Shown here: positions 12,960 to 25,569 of the stretch, in pieces
Position numbering within the stretch: the first letter of the stretch is position 1
Layout: each line of letters begins with the position of its first letter
Origin: Dicyema japonicum
Lineage: Eukaryota > Animalia > Dicyemida
Assembly (NCBI GenBank): GCA_011109175.1
Contig: RDEW01000013.1
Coordinates: 103,476-167,475, forward strand
DNA: 64,000 nucleotides
Direction of reading: 5' to 3'
Notes under the pieces: model-generated
Told to the model about the DNA's origin: nothing
Databases searched by the model: none
What the model saw: the letters and a program-made list of their open reading frames with translations, nothing else
Program-made: the position numbers and the translations under genes

Positions 12960-13600
12960 AGACGGAGTATCTACAATATATTCAAAAAATGGTTCCTGAA
13001 GCTAAATACCGACCGAACGAAGTTTACTTGATTTAACCGCGCAGATAGGACATTTGACGATACGTGGAGAAGACATAAGAAGGTAGGATCGCTCTAAGGA
13101 GATGTGATAGATGTAGCCCGCCGGAAAATCATTGCCTCTGGTGCTTTCAGAAAGCTAATAAAAATATGGTGCTCGGATAGAAAGCTCAGTGGAAAAGTAA
13201 AGATATACAATTATACACGGGGGTTGCCAAAAAGGCTATGGAGAGTATTGACAACTTTCACCGCATCATGCCTGAAGGTACTCAATATACTATGAAGATC
13301 AATAACGCATGATTATATAATTGTGTAACACAGAACCAATATCGAAAGAAATCCAAGGATCGAGATGGAGACTGTCACATTTGAGGATGGACTTGGAGGT
13401 AACTGCAATTCGTGTGATGGAAACATATTTTATGCAACAAGGAAGATTATTCCGAGGAATGCCCAAGACAACTCTACCATCTGTGTTAAATGAAGACTTA
13501 AAAGGCGTCGGCAGCAAACTAAAAACGGCCGACAATATCGATGAACTAAAGGGACATGCAAAAAAAGGGACCTTGGATGATGCTGGTACAAATAATGGCT
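12960..13600 (+). mobile_element. Decayed RTE 3' fragment
   Basis: DVARRKIIASGAFRKL and RGMPKTTLPSVLNEDL align with the C-terminus of the 36181-37497 ORF (DITNRKMLAVAAFRKM, RGRPRITLSEVLHKDL). Confidence 0.75.
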
Positions 13601-13796
13601 TTAATTGAATTTTGTTTTTTATGTGTTCTCTGTGGTGCTTATAATAATGAGTTATTTACGATTATTAATATTATTGTCCTCCCAAATTTCGGATATTTGA
13701 ATTCTCCTCTTGTTTGTGCAGACCCAGAAAAGTGAGATCCCGGTGTAGGTTGTCAGTTAGTTTGGTTTTTAGACAGCTGTCAAGAACAGCATAGTT

Positions 13797-14289
13797 CAGG
13801 GTGGCCAACCAGTCGATCGCAATCGATTGATTTTTAACGCTCGATATAAAAATTGCTAATTATTTTTTTGTATTTAAATTATTAATAAAAAAATTTTTTC
13901 ACGTGGCTTGTTATGAGGAAATCTTTGTCGTCATTTTAATTCATTACATCTCAATTTCAAACATGATTTTCCCTTAAATTCCCTTATGCGAAAAGAGAAA
14001 GTAGAACGATTAAAAAATCTTTTTCCCCAACAAAATATGCAGCAATTGCATCATTGCATGTGACTCACCTCCTCCCAAAACACAAAAACCTCTCACTGAT
14101 GGTAATATTTTAAAATCGTGTTTTTTGAAGGCTGCTGATTCATTATTCGACGTGTTTGTTCTTGTTCTCTTGTTTAGCAAAATCTAATGTTAAAAAAATT
14201 GTTATTAAAATACAAAAAAAAATTATATAAGTCAATCGCCATAAAATGGTTAGAAAGTAGCTCGCGGGTGAAAAGGTTGGCCACTCCTG
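13797..14289. mobile_element. hAT-family internally deleted element (MITE-like)
   Basis: TIRs CAGGGTGGCCAACC / GGTTGGCCACTCCTG; flanking direct repeat CATAGTT(C), 7-8 bp; internal remnant KPLTDGNILKSCFLKAADSLF of a GTF2IRD2-type transposase. Confidence 0.85.
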
Positions 14290-14461
14290 CATAGTTCATC
14301 GTTGTTCCGATAAATTGTCTGTAGATAATTGTCGGGTTCTCTTTGCTAAGGCCGAACGACGTACCCTAACGGACAGCCAGTTACAAGTATTAGTTTTATC
14401 ATAAAAATATTTAAATAATAATTTTATATATAAAAATTATGAATATTTAATAAATTTGTAA

Positions 14462-14866
14462 ATGGATGAAGTGGTTGACATTCTGAAGAACTCCCTTTCT
14501 GTAATATTAACAATAACTATAATAGAATCTTTATTCGTTAGCCACAAAGAGTGATATAATGTCCAACCATGAAGAGACATGTTTAGGTTATGCACGTGCT
14601 TATTACTAATAGTCTATGATGACTTGGTTAATAAAGTGTTGGACAACTTTTCTACTTTGGAGAATCACTTCCTCACTTGCAAGAAGAAACTGGAGAGCAT
14701 GTCCTCAGACAACCAAAGAGTCGACGAGGTTCGACTCGAATTTGCCATTTACTAGGAAATCAAGACACTCACTCTTGGACTCGAAAGAAAGAAAAAATTA
14801 CTGGAGCACGTGGTCGGTGATGTCGCTGAAATTAGGAGACAATTTAGTTTGATTGACAAAAATTAA
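14462..14866 (+). CDS. MED28: Small coiled-coil protein, probable Mediator subunit 28
   Basis: Three micro-introns (25,26,27 nt) give MDEVVDILKNSLSNLYSLATKSDIMSNHEETCLVYDDLVNKVLDNFSTLENHFLTCKKKLESMSSDNQRVDEEIKTLTLGLERKKKLLEHVVGDVAEIRRQFSLIDKN. Pattern resembles MED28 (FLDIARQTECFFLQKRLQL; DVSELRNELQRKDALV). Gene model solid, name tentative. Confidence 0.55.
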
Positions 14867-16639
14867 TAAAACATTTTTATAATATTCTGTTATCAAATCG
14901 CTCACGTGGTAGGGCTACATTCCAGCCATTCATTTGACGAGAAAGGACAACCTGACATCCCAACCGAGAACTGAGGATTACAAAATAAACTGAACCAGTC
15001 AGATTTGGTGGGGGACAAGTCGAGGAGGTCTAACTCCTCTTCACATGGCTTTGTTGGGAGTTGGGCAAACTTTTCATGGTCGAAGATGACCTGGCAGGTA
15101 GAACAGGCTAGAACGCCGTCACATACACCTGGGATGATACATTAAGTGAACCAAATCCGTCAAGATCAAGGTCATTGTTGATTATGAGGTCTAGCATGGT
15201 CTCCCCTCCACCCCCTCAACCGTCAGTTTTTTACCACATGGTAGAATTAGGTTTATTGATACTCTGTCATGTATAAAGCCTCTTACATTTGTCTTTGACT
15301 CCCCATAAGCAGTCGACTGAGACGAGGTATGAGCCATCCTCTGTTTATTAAAGGACTAATAATCCTTAACAAACTTGTTGTGGTCATTGACATTAATTTC
15401 TCATTACTATTTTTACAAAAATGTTTTAAATTATTTATTTCTTTTATTTAAAAAAATTTTATTATGTGTGACATTCGGGAATTGATAATCTTGAAGACAG
15501 GTTCAGGTAACATAGCGGTCAGTGCTGTCGCGATTAGCTATGCGCTCGACTCCCACACCTGATAGAAGGATTCCTTTCTGGAAGAGATGCAATGCTGGGA
15601 GAGGATACGCCTCATTCCGACAGGATGAATTGGATAAAATCTAATCGGATATATCCTTGATTGTCCAAAAAATCCTCCAGTGCTTTTGAAAGAAGATTCT
15701 GATTAAAACAGTATAACATTCAGTCAATTAATAAAATATTGGATGCATGGTAGATAATGGAGTGTCAGCTGTAAATATCAGTGACCACATTTTTTTAAAG
15801 AATTTAATGTTCTATGAGCCCGAAAGTTCGCTTGCACGATGTTTCCTAGGGATGTTGCGTCCATATTGAAGAGATATTGCCATTAAGTGTACCAGAGTTA
15901 TCCCATGGTTAAACAGAGATACATCACCAGCTCAACCATCGAATCAATTAACAACTTTGATAACTGTTATGTTGTTGATTTTATTTTTCAGATGTGGCGG
16001 GGAATTTGAAGGTGGATTAGGACAATAGAAGATTTGGCTAGCCTTGTGGTCGACAAGGGAACGGTAAGAGGACAGCGATGAGTCAATATTCTAAATTATT
16101 TCGCGTAGCGTCGTAAAAGCGTAGTGTCCACAAGAGGGACTCCAAATGGAAGCGAACGTTCTGAGGTAGGGAAGTTTCTCCTCCATCGATATTTGGCGCG
16201 TTAGTCCGAGAAGTTTGTTATAAAGATTTGATGACGTAACGCAACCGTGAATCTTTTGAGGCATGAATGAGTCGCCTCCATTTGTGGTAAATAAATGAGA
16301 ATGTGGATTTTTTACTTTAAAGGTGGGTATTATCCGCTTGCATCTGTGGAGTACCACGATCTGCGGTAGTTGGTCCGCCATTTTTCATACAAAGAGAGAT
16401 TGTATACCGAATATTAGGAAGTGATTCTTAATTGAGAGTTTGTAGTTCCTGATTTTGTTCAAGAATGAATCCGAACCATTAACCGTAGAAACATCAGGAG
16501 ATATTGGAAACAGTTCACTGAACCTGCAGAACCTCATTAGAATGCTTATCCCAATGAGGAAAAAAAATATGAGAAAAGAATTATTACGCGCATTTCCTGA
16601 ACGTATTTGCTGAAACTGGGAATAAATTGGATTGCGCCC

Positions 16640-16715
16640 TGACTGCGTGGCTATTCCCTCTTAGGATGGCCAGCGGGATTCGCTTAAATAACCATCAGTG
16701 AAGGTAGGAAGTTCG
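16640..16715 (-). mobile_element. CRE-like 3' fragment
   Basis: KRIPLAILRGNSHAVRA, nearly identical to the end of the element at 2460-2535. Confidence 0.75.
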
Positions 16716-17101
16716 GTTCCACTGATTTAACAAAAATAATGAATGAAGTGAACAAAATTCCAAAAAACACCGGTAACACCAAACTAGCTAATCATGCGAT
16801 CCCGGCATGCTCCAAGAGAGATTTTAACTTGGCACGATGTTCCTCCCTCGAGGCCACGCAAGTAAGCATCGCCTTATAACTGGTTCCTTGAAAGGGAAAC
16901 CCCCAAATGGTGGTGAGAAGTTGATGGCTCTTTCGTTCCTTTCCGGATGAACCACAAGACACCACGTTAAGCACATGCTCATCATTAACATCAATTTTTG
17001 ACTTATCAAGAATAATTTAATATTTATTTTTAAAATTGTTTTACAAAATGGCAAACCTTTTAATACATTAATATACTATTTGGCGTACGACTCTGTTTGT
17101 G

Positions 17102-17375
17102 AACCATGTGGCTCCGTGTGGTGCTTCGTGTCTAATTGGCAGAAGTTTCTGTTTGCTCGCCTGTTCCTCCTCTCTCTTCCTATTAGAGTGGCGTCATGTG
17201 ATCCATCTGTCTAGGTGGCCCAATGCCAGTCCTGCAAGAAAAAGGATCATTTGCTCTCCCCCACTCCACTGGAGGAGTTTCCACTACTGCAAGTATGGAC
17301 ATTTTTTTACCCTTTGTGTTGATTTCAGAGAGACTCTGTAGTAGTGGAAACTGGATACACTTAATTAGTTGTTAC
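17102..17375 (+). mobile_element. SINE-like family A copy
   Basis: Core CTCCTCTCTTCCTATTAGAGTGGCGTCATGTGATCCA...GTGGAAACTGGATACACTTAATTAG. Confidence 0.85.
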
Positions 17376-17699
17376 GTTAATAAATTAATTAATGTGGCAA
17401 ACCTAAACCCTTTAATACATAGTACATTATTGGCGTGTAGTGCCTGTTTGGTCGTTTCTTTTTTTATTCATTTTATTTTTTATCTGTTCTATTATTACAT
17501 ATTTGTTTCAATATTATATTATTGGATCCTCAAATTGTGTTGATGTTGTTATCAAAAATATATATTCAGCAACTCACTCAAATTTGCCGTTTTGGTTCCA
17601 GCGAAATTGTGGCAAATTTGAGAATTGGAAGAGGTCAGAATAAAATTTTATTTGAAGTTTTAATTAATTTAAAGATAATTAAACTATTTTTTTAATAAA

Positions 17700-17850
17700 A
17701 TAATTTTTTACCAAAGAAACTAATGTCAGTTGAGTATGCCGGCTGCGTGGATAGCGAACGAGTTCCCTCGGAGAATGGCCATTCCAATCTTTTGTCTCAG
17801 CCATAACCCTTCTCTCGTTGATCCCTTTTCTTTCTGGCAAGCATTCCTCA
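17700..17850 (-). mobile_element. CRE-like 3' fragment (pair with 43510-43630)
   Basis: IGMAILRGNSFAIHAAGILN* then AT-rich tail. Confidence 0.8.
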
Positions 17851-17999
17851 GAGTTCTCGCAAGAACTCAGCCATCATTGGACCAACGGCTCCCGATGATT
17901 CGGTCGCAACAGGATTAAACTATTTAAATTAATAAATTTTATTTTTATGAAAACAATATTTTTAACCAAGGAAACAAAAATTAATTAAATTTTATTAAG

Positions 18000-19213
18000 T
18001 AATACTCAATTCCCAATTGCCTCTTATTAGAATTTTTTCTTTATATCCTTTTATTGAAGTAATGAATTCTGCATCATTGTCATTTACAATGTTTTCTAGA
18101 AGATAATTTTCAATCTCTCTTAATTTTTAAAAACATTTCAGCTTTGTTTAATAACTCTACACAACCGGATTCTTCTTGTCCTTAATAGCAATTAATTTCT
18201 TCTCTCATCAATTGCCTCTTTTTCACTGTAATCAATTAAAATAAATTCTTCTATTTCAGTAGAATCATAAATATCTGTTCTGGATACGATTTCATCTGTT
18301 AACTTTATTTTAGTAAATTCTGGTTCGCATTCTGTACGTTGTAGACGTTTAAAACAGTTTGAAATTGTTTGAGATTTCACATCTTCCCATGCCATTTTTA
18401 CAAACAATACGGTATCCCTAAAATTTAACTTTTTATGTGATTCCGAATTATAAATATTTTCAGACGAGTAACTCTGAAATTTTTCAAATTCTTTTAAAAA
18501 GCCATCAACTCACTTGTTTTTCAATGTCCATTTCGCAGTGTAATTTACGCATTCGAAATCTGTCTTTTTTATAATTTCTCAAAATACCAGTAAGAATTTT
18601 TAAAATTAGTTAACGAAAGTTCTTTGAGAAAAAATTCTGCTTTAATATTATAGAATCGTTCGATAAAGCAACTTAAATGTTAGAGTAAATAATGTACCTT
18701 TTGATTCCATTGAATCCGTCCAATCTACTAGATTTTCATCAAGCTCTGGCTATTTTATTTTTTGCAAGTTTTTAGTTTAGGATTTCTGTTCTTGAACTGA
18801 AATAAAAGCGATTCTGCATTCATTAATATTGCATTGACTGTCCTTCTTGAGATTCACTTTTTAAAAAATAGAAGAAAATCTGACACGAAGCTGATTTATT
18901 GGTTTCTTTATACTGCAATATTTCCACTTTTTGAGCAATTTATTTCCACTTTTTGAGTCTAGTGTAGCAACAGGAATATTCCGACCCATGCTTGCTTTAA
19001 ATTATTTAATTTTAAGCATTTTTAAATATTAAAAAAATAAAAATAATTTTTAAAAATGTTAGCAAATTTCAGAATTGGCAAATTTTGAAAAATAGAAAAA
19101 TTGATAAAATGGCAAATTTTAATTAAAAATTTCAGAATTGGCAAATATTGGAAAATAGAAAAAATCGATAAAAATGGCAAATTTAAGAGTGGCATATTTG
19201 AGAGAGTTTACTG
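18000..19213 (-). mobile_element. Decayed pogo/Tigger transposon
   Basis: AWEDVKSQTISNCFKR (Tigger C-terminal motif), CENP-B-type HTH remnant, terminus TA-CAGTAAACTCTC at 19213, subterminal tandem repeats ~19060-19190. Confidence 0.75.
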
Positions 19214-19639
19214 TATATATTTTGCTGACCTATGAAAAGTATTGATTATTCAACAATATTTGATTTTCTATACTTATTGTTATTAGACTTTGAAATTATA
19301 CAAAAATTTATTGTATAATTTTTTTGTATCACCATTTTTTCTATCATCATTCTGAAATTTTATTGTATTTTTTGAAAAATTAACAAGATTCAAAAGAAGG
19401 TCTATTTTCACTCTCATCGATATTTTTGATTAACGTACTCATAATATATGAATTTTATTTCCGCTCACTTACCTCATAAATCGAAAAAATCTTATGAAAC
19501 GATCCCATCCGATTAACTTGAAGTCTTTGAAAACCATCAGACAACTCAGTATGAGCATAGGAGAACACAAGCATCAGAGATGGAGACACCTGTTCTATTG
19601 CCTTATCAGGAAAAGTTCATCCCATCAATCCTGGAAAAC

Positions 19640-21565
19640 AAGAACCGTGATCTTTAATAAGAAAATGAAATCCAGGATAATCCGAAAGCTCAAAGCACCT
19701 CGTTATATAATCCCATTGGTGTCTTAGAAACACTAGATGGCATTAAGAAGTTAAACTGTTAAAAGACTCCCTGACCAGATAACATCCCTGCGGAGTTATT
19801 TAACTTTAAGCTTATCGAACTGGGAGAGGTTATTACAAAAACAATAAATGAAACTTTTGAAATAGACCACTAACTAGATATTGGTAGTGGGTGGTTAATT
19901 CTCCTACAAAGTCAGGAAAATCAAAATGACCTTCCTGTATTGAAATTATTGACGACATTATCCTTACTGCACCGAATAAAAAACAAGGTTAAGTTTTTTC
20001 TCACTTAGAGAAAATGGATTCGGTAAGGAAGATCGACCGCAGACGTAATCCGGATGCATAGATTGGTGCCTTATGCCAAAAATACAAAAATGAGATGATT
20101 GGAGTCGACATGACTCGAGCTTCTAACTCTATCCATAGAGGAATGCTCATGAAAGCATTAATCAGTTTTCTCTACACTAATGAAACCGAAATCACAAATA
20201 TGTTGCTCAATGATACACAACTTGCTGAGTATCGGAAAAACTACATAAGATATTTTTTCAAATTGGAAGTACCTCAAGGGGACTTTCAGTCCCCAGTACT
20301 CTTTATTATTTTTTAGAGCTTTTCTCTTATGCCCAATAATTTTTTGAAAACTATAATGTAATAAAAAAGAATTTGTACATTAACTTGTAATACAAGGTTA
20401 ATTATCCAACACATGTCTAATTTGGTACATAAACATATGCAATAATCTATAAAAAATAATCACGCTGGTTACAAAAACATTATAAAAATCACAAAAATAA
20501 TAAAATAAAATGTTTCTAATATTATTGATAAACTTGATAAATTCAAGTAAATTAAATAAAATATTTCAGGGGATGAAATTTGTTATAATGATAAGTGCTA
20601 TACTCTTGTTAAAGAAAAACTGGAATTATTTAGATGCTGAGAACTATTGTAAGGATATTGGGGTACATTGGCTGTCATCAATAATGGAGCATTAAATAAA
20701 TTTTTAATTGGTAATTTTGTTATTTTATGAGACAATTTCTATCGTCCATACAAAAAATACATTTATATTGGAGTAAACGACAGAATAAAATTATGTAAAC
20801 AGCCACAATCAGGAACAAGTACAATATTTACTGTAATTTAGAAATATTTCTACTGGGGGAGTGGTCAACCTAGTCGCAATGGTGGGAATGAGCATTGTGT
20901 TCACTTTTATCATACTGGTGGAGAGTGGAACGACAATGATTGCTCCACAAAAATGGCATTTTTATGTGAAACACCAAGTTTTATGTTTATTTCATCTTAA
21001 AGAAAATGAACACTGCTCGACGGAATTTAAAAAGTGTTACAAATTTTTCAAAAACCGGAGAGATGAGTACTCCGATGCTGAAGATTTTTGTGTCAAGTAT
21101 GGTGGAAGATTGGTTACGATCAACTCGGATAAGGAAAATAAATTTATAGGTGACAATTTCCACGGAGTTAAAAATTTTTATATTGGCGCTAAAAATTTGA
21201 TTTATTCAGGAAATTTATTGTACAATTCAAATTATGAACTTCAAGTAAATTTTAAATTTAATAGAAATATAAAAATTATCACAGTGACTACAAATTTGAT
21301 AGTTCGAAAAATTGTGCAGTTTTTAACGAAAATCAACGATGGAATATGGTCTCGTGCAATGAGTCTCTGCCATTTTTATGCGAAAAGAAATGTTTTTTTC
21401 AGTAAATTATTGTAGTGCCTACACTCGAGTGCAAGATCGATGAATACGCAGAATTTAAATTTTAACAGCATTAAATTACTAACAATACTACCATAATGGT
21501 TGTTGTTTGATTATAATAAATATTAATTATTTTACGAATTAAATAAATAAAATTCAATGCTCTCT
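19640..21565. repeat. Right arm of 1.93-kb inverted segmental duplication
   Basis: Reverse complement of 8110-10037; inner end lies in a LINE remnant related to 22910-22950. Confidence 0.95.
20510..21405 (+). pseudogene. Tandem C-type lectin copy 2, disabled
   Basis: Same exon structure as copy 1, plus an extra A (CTGGAATTAT vs CTGGATTAT, giving an early TGA) and an 8-nt deletion (CAGGACAT) in CTLD1; shares the G4 shift at 20660-20663. Confidence 0.8.
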
Positions 21566-21831
21566 CCTTGTTTGTTCGTCCATTCCTCCTCTCTTCCTAT
21601 TAGAGTGGCGTCATGTGATCCACCTGTCTGGCGCCCAGTGCCAGGCCGGCACGAAAAAGGATCATTTGCTCTCTCCCACTCCACTGGAGGGGTTTCCACA
21701 ACTGCAAGTATGGACGTCTTACCCTTTATGTTGATTCCGGATGGACTCTGTAGAAGTGGAAACTGGATGCACTTAATAGTTGTTTACTTTAACTTCTTTT
21801 TCGGTGTATCCGGAATTAATAAATAAATAAT
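21566..21831 (+). mobile_element. SINE-like family A copy, 5'-truncated, with 10-bp TSD
   Basis: AATGCTCTCT at 21556-21565 and 21832-21841; (AATA)n tail; absent from the left arm. Confidence 0.9.
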
Positions 21832-21904
21832 AATGCTCTCTTCTTCAAATGGAGCTGTACTCGTTTTTTTGGATCAACTTGATTAACTATATATTCCACC
21901 ACAA

Positions 21905-22130
21905 GGCCGGGTGGCATAGTGGTTAGGTGTCGGGCTAAGTGACTTAGGTCATGGGTTCGATTCTCTCAGCTGTTCACCTGGTGGAAGGTTCCACACATCT
22001 ACGATGCTAAAAGGGTTTGACGAGTGACGCCGTCATCAGTGGCTACTCACTGCGGAACTGGATTGTCTAGAAAGGACCCACACACAAGAAAAAGAAATGA
22101 AGATCATTCCTTTGTTCTACGATTAGTTAA
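21905..22130 (+). mobile_element. tRNA-derived SINE family B copy (partner 48270-48480)
   Basis: A-box TGGCATAGTGG and B-box GGGTTCGATTC; shared body GGTTCCAC.CAT.TACGATGCT and tail GAAATGAAGA.CATTCC. Confidence 0.75.
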
Positions 22131-22349
22131 AAATCAACTGTTCTTACTTTAAGTGTGTTTTCTGCCTATGCGGAGCTATAAATATTATGGTTCTCGTGAA
22201 AAGGCTAAAAAACAAGGATCCTTCCCTAAAACCTACACCTCAAATACACCCCGCTCTCATTACTAAACAACGCTCTAATATGCGATGACCTAAATGCCCG
22301 ACACCCCGTTTGGCTAGCTTCACAGTACTCTGACACCCGAAACGAGTTG

Positions 22350-23670
22350 ATCGCAAATGGTCTTATTGATGTGTTTATCCTGAATGATCATAAATTACAT
22401 ACAAGAACTTTAAGAAGCATTGATAGCTGCACCTCTCCTGATTTACCCCTATGTTCACCCTCTTCAGCAGGAATCACTACATAGGATGTGAGCTATGGTT
22501 TTCCAGCGATCATAATCACATCCTTGTTACGTTAAAAAGATTTCGAAGACGCCGGACATTGCTGCCCGAAGTGAAAAGTTTCAAGAATTATAAGAAGGTT
22601 GACTGGCCTGGCTTCTCTGACTTCATAGACCTGGAATTGGTCAAAGGACTCTCATCCCATATACGTTCGATAGATGAAGCCGCAAAAATCATCTATGTGG
22701 TCATTCAAAAGGCTGACAACATATTTATTCCTCTCTCATCATACACGAATTTGATACCTACCTTCTATTCCCGAACACTTACACTCATAAACGAAGGAGC
22801 CAAATGAAAAGTCCATCCGACGGAGTTGAAATCCATCAGTCAACTAAATAAAAGTATCAACCAGAGCATAAAAACTATCAGGATCAGTCACCTAATCAAT
22901 CGCCTTAACAAGAAAAGTTCATCTCATCAATTTTGGAAAACAATAAGACAAATTAAATCACAGTTGGAAGATGCGAATGGAACCTGTAACCCCTCTCCAG
23001 AACACATTTGTCATATACGCCCTAATCTACTTATGAATCATCACGCTGCGGTCAGTTTCAAAACATTCTCGAAACACCTGGACATCAAAGACCGTACTCA
23101 TTAACCGATAAAGTAACCTCACCACGAACTATTCTCAGACAAACAAGTCTCAGAGGTTATCACCAGATTAAAGAACTCATGGACTTGTGGCCCTGACAAA
23201 ATATCTTCGATTCACCTAAAACACCTAAGCCACTATGCAATTGGCTATCTCACACAAGTATTTAACCTGTCTATTAACTACAATATTATTCACAAGATTT
23301 GGAAGAACACTGCTATCAAACCAGTTTTGAAGGTCTGCTTCATACATGCCGATCTCCCTAACCAGTATGTTTTCAAAACTTCTTGAAAAACTGTTACTAT
23401 CGTCCATTACTCCGGATCTCCCTCAATCGGCTTTCCCACACGGTTTTTGTTTTGGAAGGTCCACTACTCTCCATTTAATTACACTATCCAAATTCATTGC
23501 CAGTCGATTTAATGCCACCCCACCACACATGTGAACCACAATGGTCATCGACATGTTTTCGACACTGTCCCGAGGAAGCTTCTCATTGGGAAGATTTTTG
23601 ATTCAAAGGTTCGTCCGAACCTAACGCTGTGGTTGCCCAACTTTCTCTCTGGGCGACATGGGAGAGTTGT
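22350..23670 (+). mobile_element. Decayed I/Jockey-group LINE ORF2 (RT)
   Basis: CGPDKISSIHLKHL, VFNLSINYNII..W, PISLTSMFSKLLEKLL, GFCFGRSTT; many stops and shifts. Confidence 0.8.
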
Positions 23671-24660
23671 GAAGCTAGATATCTCTAATGCATTCAATCC
23701 CTTTGGCTAACTCAATATTGTGTTCATTCACTGATTGAGTCTGTATTCTGTGCTTGACACGGTTGCACAGCAGTGGACACCAAACGGGCTTAGTGTTCCG
23801 AATAACTTTATCTCTGAGGACTGGGATGAAATCATTTGTGAAAATAAGATAAATGAACTTGGAAGGTCCGTAGATACCCATTGTCGCACATGTTTTAATA
23901 CAGCGTCTGCTAAGAATTCGGGTCCTGTCTCAATACCTTCCCTGTACGAGCAGTTGGGACTCTGCTTGACGGGAATACAATCGGCGTTGCAGTTGCTTCT
24001 TGACGTCTGCTCGGTCTTTCTTTTCACTGTTGCTGTGTGCATTTTTCAGATATTCACTTTAAGTGACCAGTTGTCAAATTGACCCCAATCATTCTCACTT
24101 CAGACGTGTTAGCAACTTTCTGGGTTTTCTGGACGACCTCATCATGTCTCCACGTGTAATCATGACCCAACATACGCAATGTAGTGGTCAAATGATCAAC
24201 AATCATGAAATTATATAATTCCTACTTCCATGTGCATTTTTACCATAATTTATCAAAATTGTTGAGGATTTAACATGAGGGCTATTCATTGCCTTGAAGA
24301 GGACTTAGTTAAGGGCTCATTGCTTGGGGACTTGAGGCTGCTAGATTTTCAATTGGAGCGCTTGGACTTGCTCAACCCAACCGAAAACCGGACAGAACCA
24401 CTCTCTTCCCATGGGAAAGTGGTAAATACTTTGCCTTGGACGCCACTTGTGTCGATAGCTTCTCTCCCTCCAACCTTACAACGAAAACAACTAACCCAGG
24501 CTCTGCTTCTTAGAAGACTGAGACCCTAAAGTTAAAGAAATACACATGTCTTGGTGGACAGATCATTTTCGAACCATTTCCTTGCAAATCGTCAAAGGAA
24601 ATGCGTTCTCAATTATGAGAGCAGCCAGCAGTTGCTAACTGTTTCTTTTGGGCTAAATAA
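23670..24660 (+). mobile_element. Internally deleted CRE-like element
   Basis: KLDISNAFN, ASAKNSG..IP...LG, RKPDR..P WESGKYFALDATCVDS, LQIVKGNAFSIMRAA. Confidence 0.7.
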
Positions 24661-25289
24661 AATTCCCTTTGGTTAAAAAGTTTATCTTTTAGGGCTTTAA
24701 GTTGATCTTTTAATCAAGGTTTCTTAAACTTGAAAAACGCATTCACAATTCAACCTCACCAGTGACAACATATTCGAGACAAATATGCTCGTATGTTGCC
24801 TAGGCGAATGCCCCGGACTTTTTCTGTATTATTGCACATTTCCTGACACACTAGACCCAACCACCATGATCTTAAGGAGGATGCGCTCTCTCATGTGAGT
24901 TACTGCAGACAACTCCACTGAATTCGACATTTAGTAAATAAAGCTCTTTATTCGCAGATCGAACATAGACGCGGTTTCCCCTCAGAACTTTGATCAATGT
25001 AATCGTACTCTCACGACACGAAGTCTACCTGAAACGTACGATGCAGTCAATGTCATCGCATTGGCCAGTATTTCGTTAATCGTTCGGTTTTTTTTGAGAG
25101 GGGGTGGAGGAAATAAGAGGCGAATGACTCTCATCAAAGTCTTCTAGTCGCCTCACCAAATCTCCATAAGAGAATTGGTTGGAAAATTTAATTTAAAACT
25201 GGTTGGCAGCATTTTGAGGGAGATTTTTACACATGTACACGTGACATCCCAGACTTCCCATCCACGATCGGTAAGATGGTCATTCCGTC

Positions 25290-25475
25290 CGCTTACTATT
25301 CAAGTACAGAAAAGAACCAATTCGTCCAAACCCATCTAACGTCCCAATCCAAGACCTAAGGAATTCAAAATGAAGTTAGATGAAACAGGGGACATAAATG
25401 CTTTCCGCAAAATTGCGTCCTCGAGGGGAACGTGGAGGCATTTTACTGAAAAAATCATCTGCACAAGCAACTAAA
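25290..25475 (+). mobile_element. RTE 3' fragment
   Basis: LRKIASSRGTWRHFTEKII resembles the end of the RTE ORF (NRGAWRKLVKRIV). Confidence 0.55.
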
Positions 25476-25569
25476 GAGCAATTGCTTATAATAATCAATT
25501 GCTAATAATTTTCACGTGTTGCTGTGTGCTCCATCTGATAAGTACCAGCATGTCCATAATCAAAATTAT

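Noticed and set aside
14740-14760. Stop-codon readthrough or reassignment (in-frame TAG in the MED28-like gene)
   Set aside because: The TAG is the acceptor of a 27-nt intron; genes terminate normally at TAA, TAG and TGA.
15115-15472. Solo LTR bounded by GTCACAT...ATGTGTGACA
   Set aside because: Left end is not TG and no matching TSD.
17724-17820. HDV-like ribozyme or DNA-transposon terminus in the 17724/43523 repeat pair
   Set aside because: Minus strand translates to the CRE C-terminus (AILRGNS), which explains the conservation.
8110-21565. Inverted arms as termini of a giant composite transposon
   Set aside because: No flanking TSD and no intact transposase; arms contain a host gene and LINE debris, which fits a segmental duplication.
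21905-21975. Bona fide tRNA genes (also 38487, 48400, 60455, 33800)
   Set aside because: A/B boxes present but no acceptor-stem or anticodon-arm pairing, and they continue into repeat bodies.
22010-22075. Hammerhead ribozyme in SINE B (TTGACGAG...CGGAAC)
   Set aside because: Core deviates at C3 and GAAA, and stem II does not close onto the second core strand.
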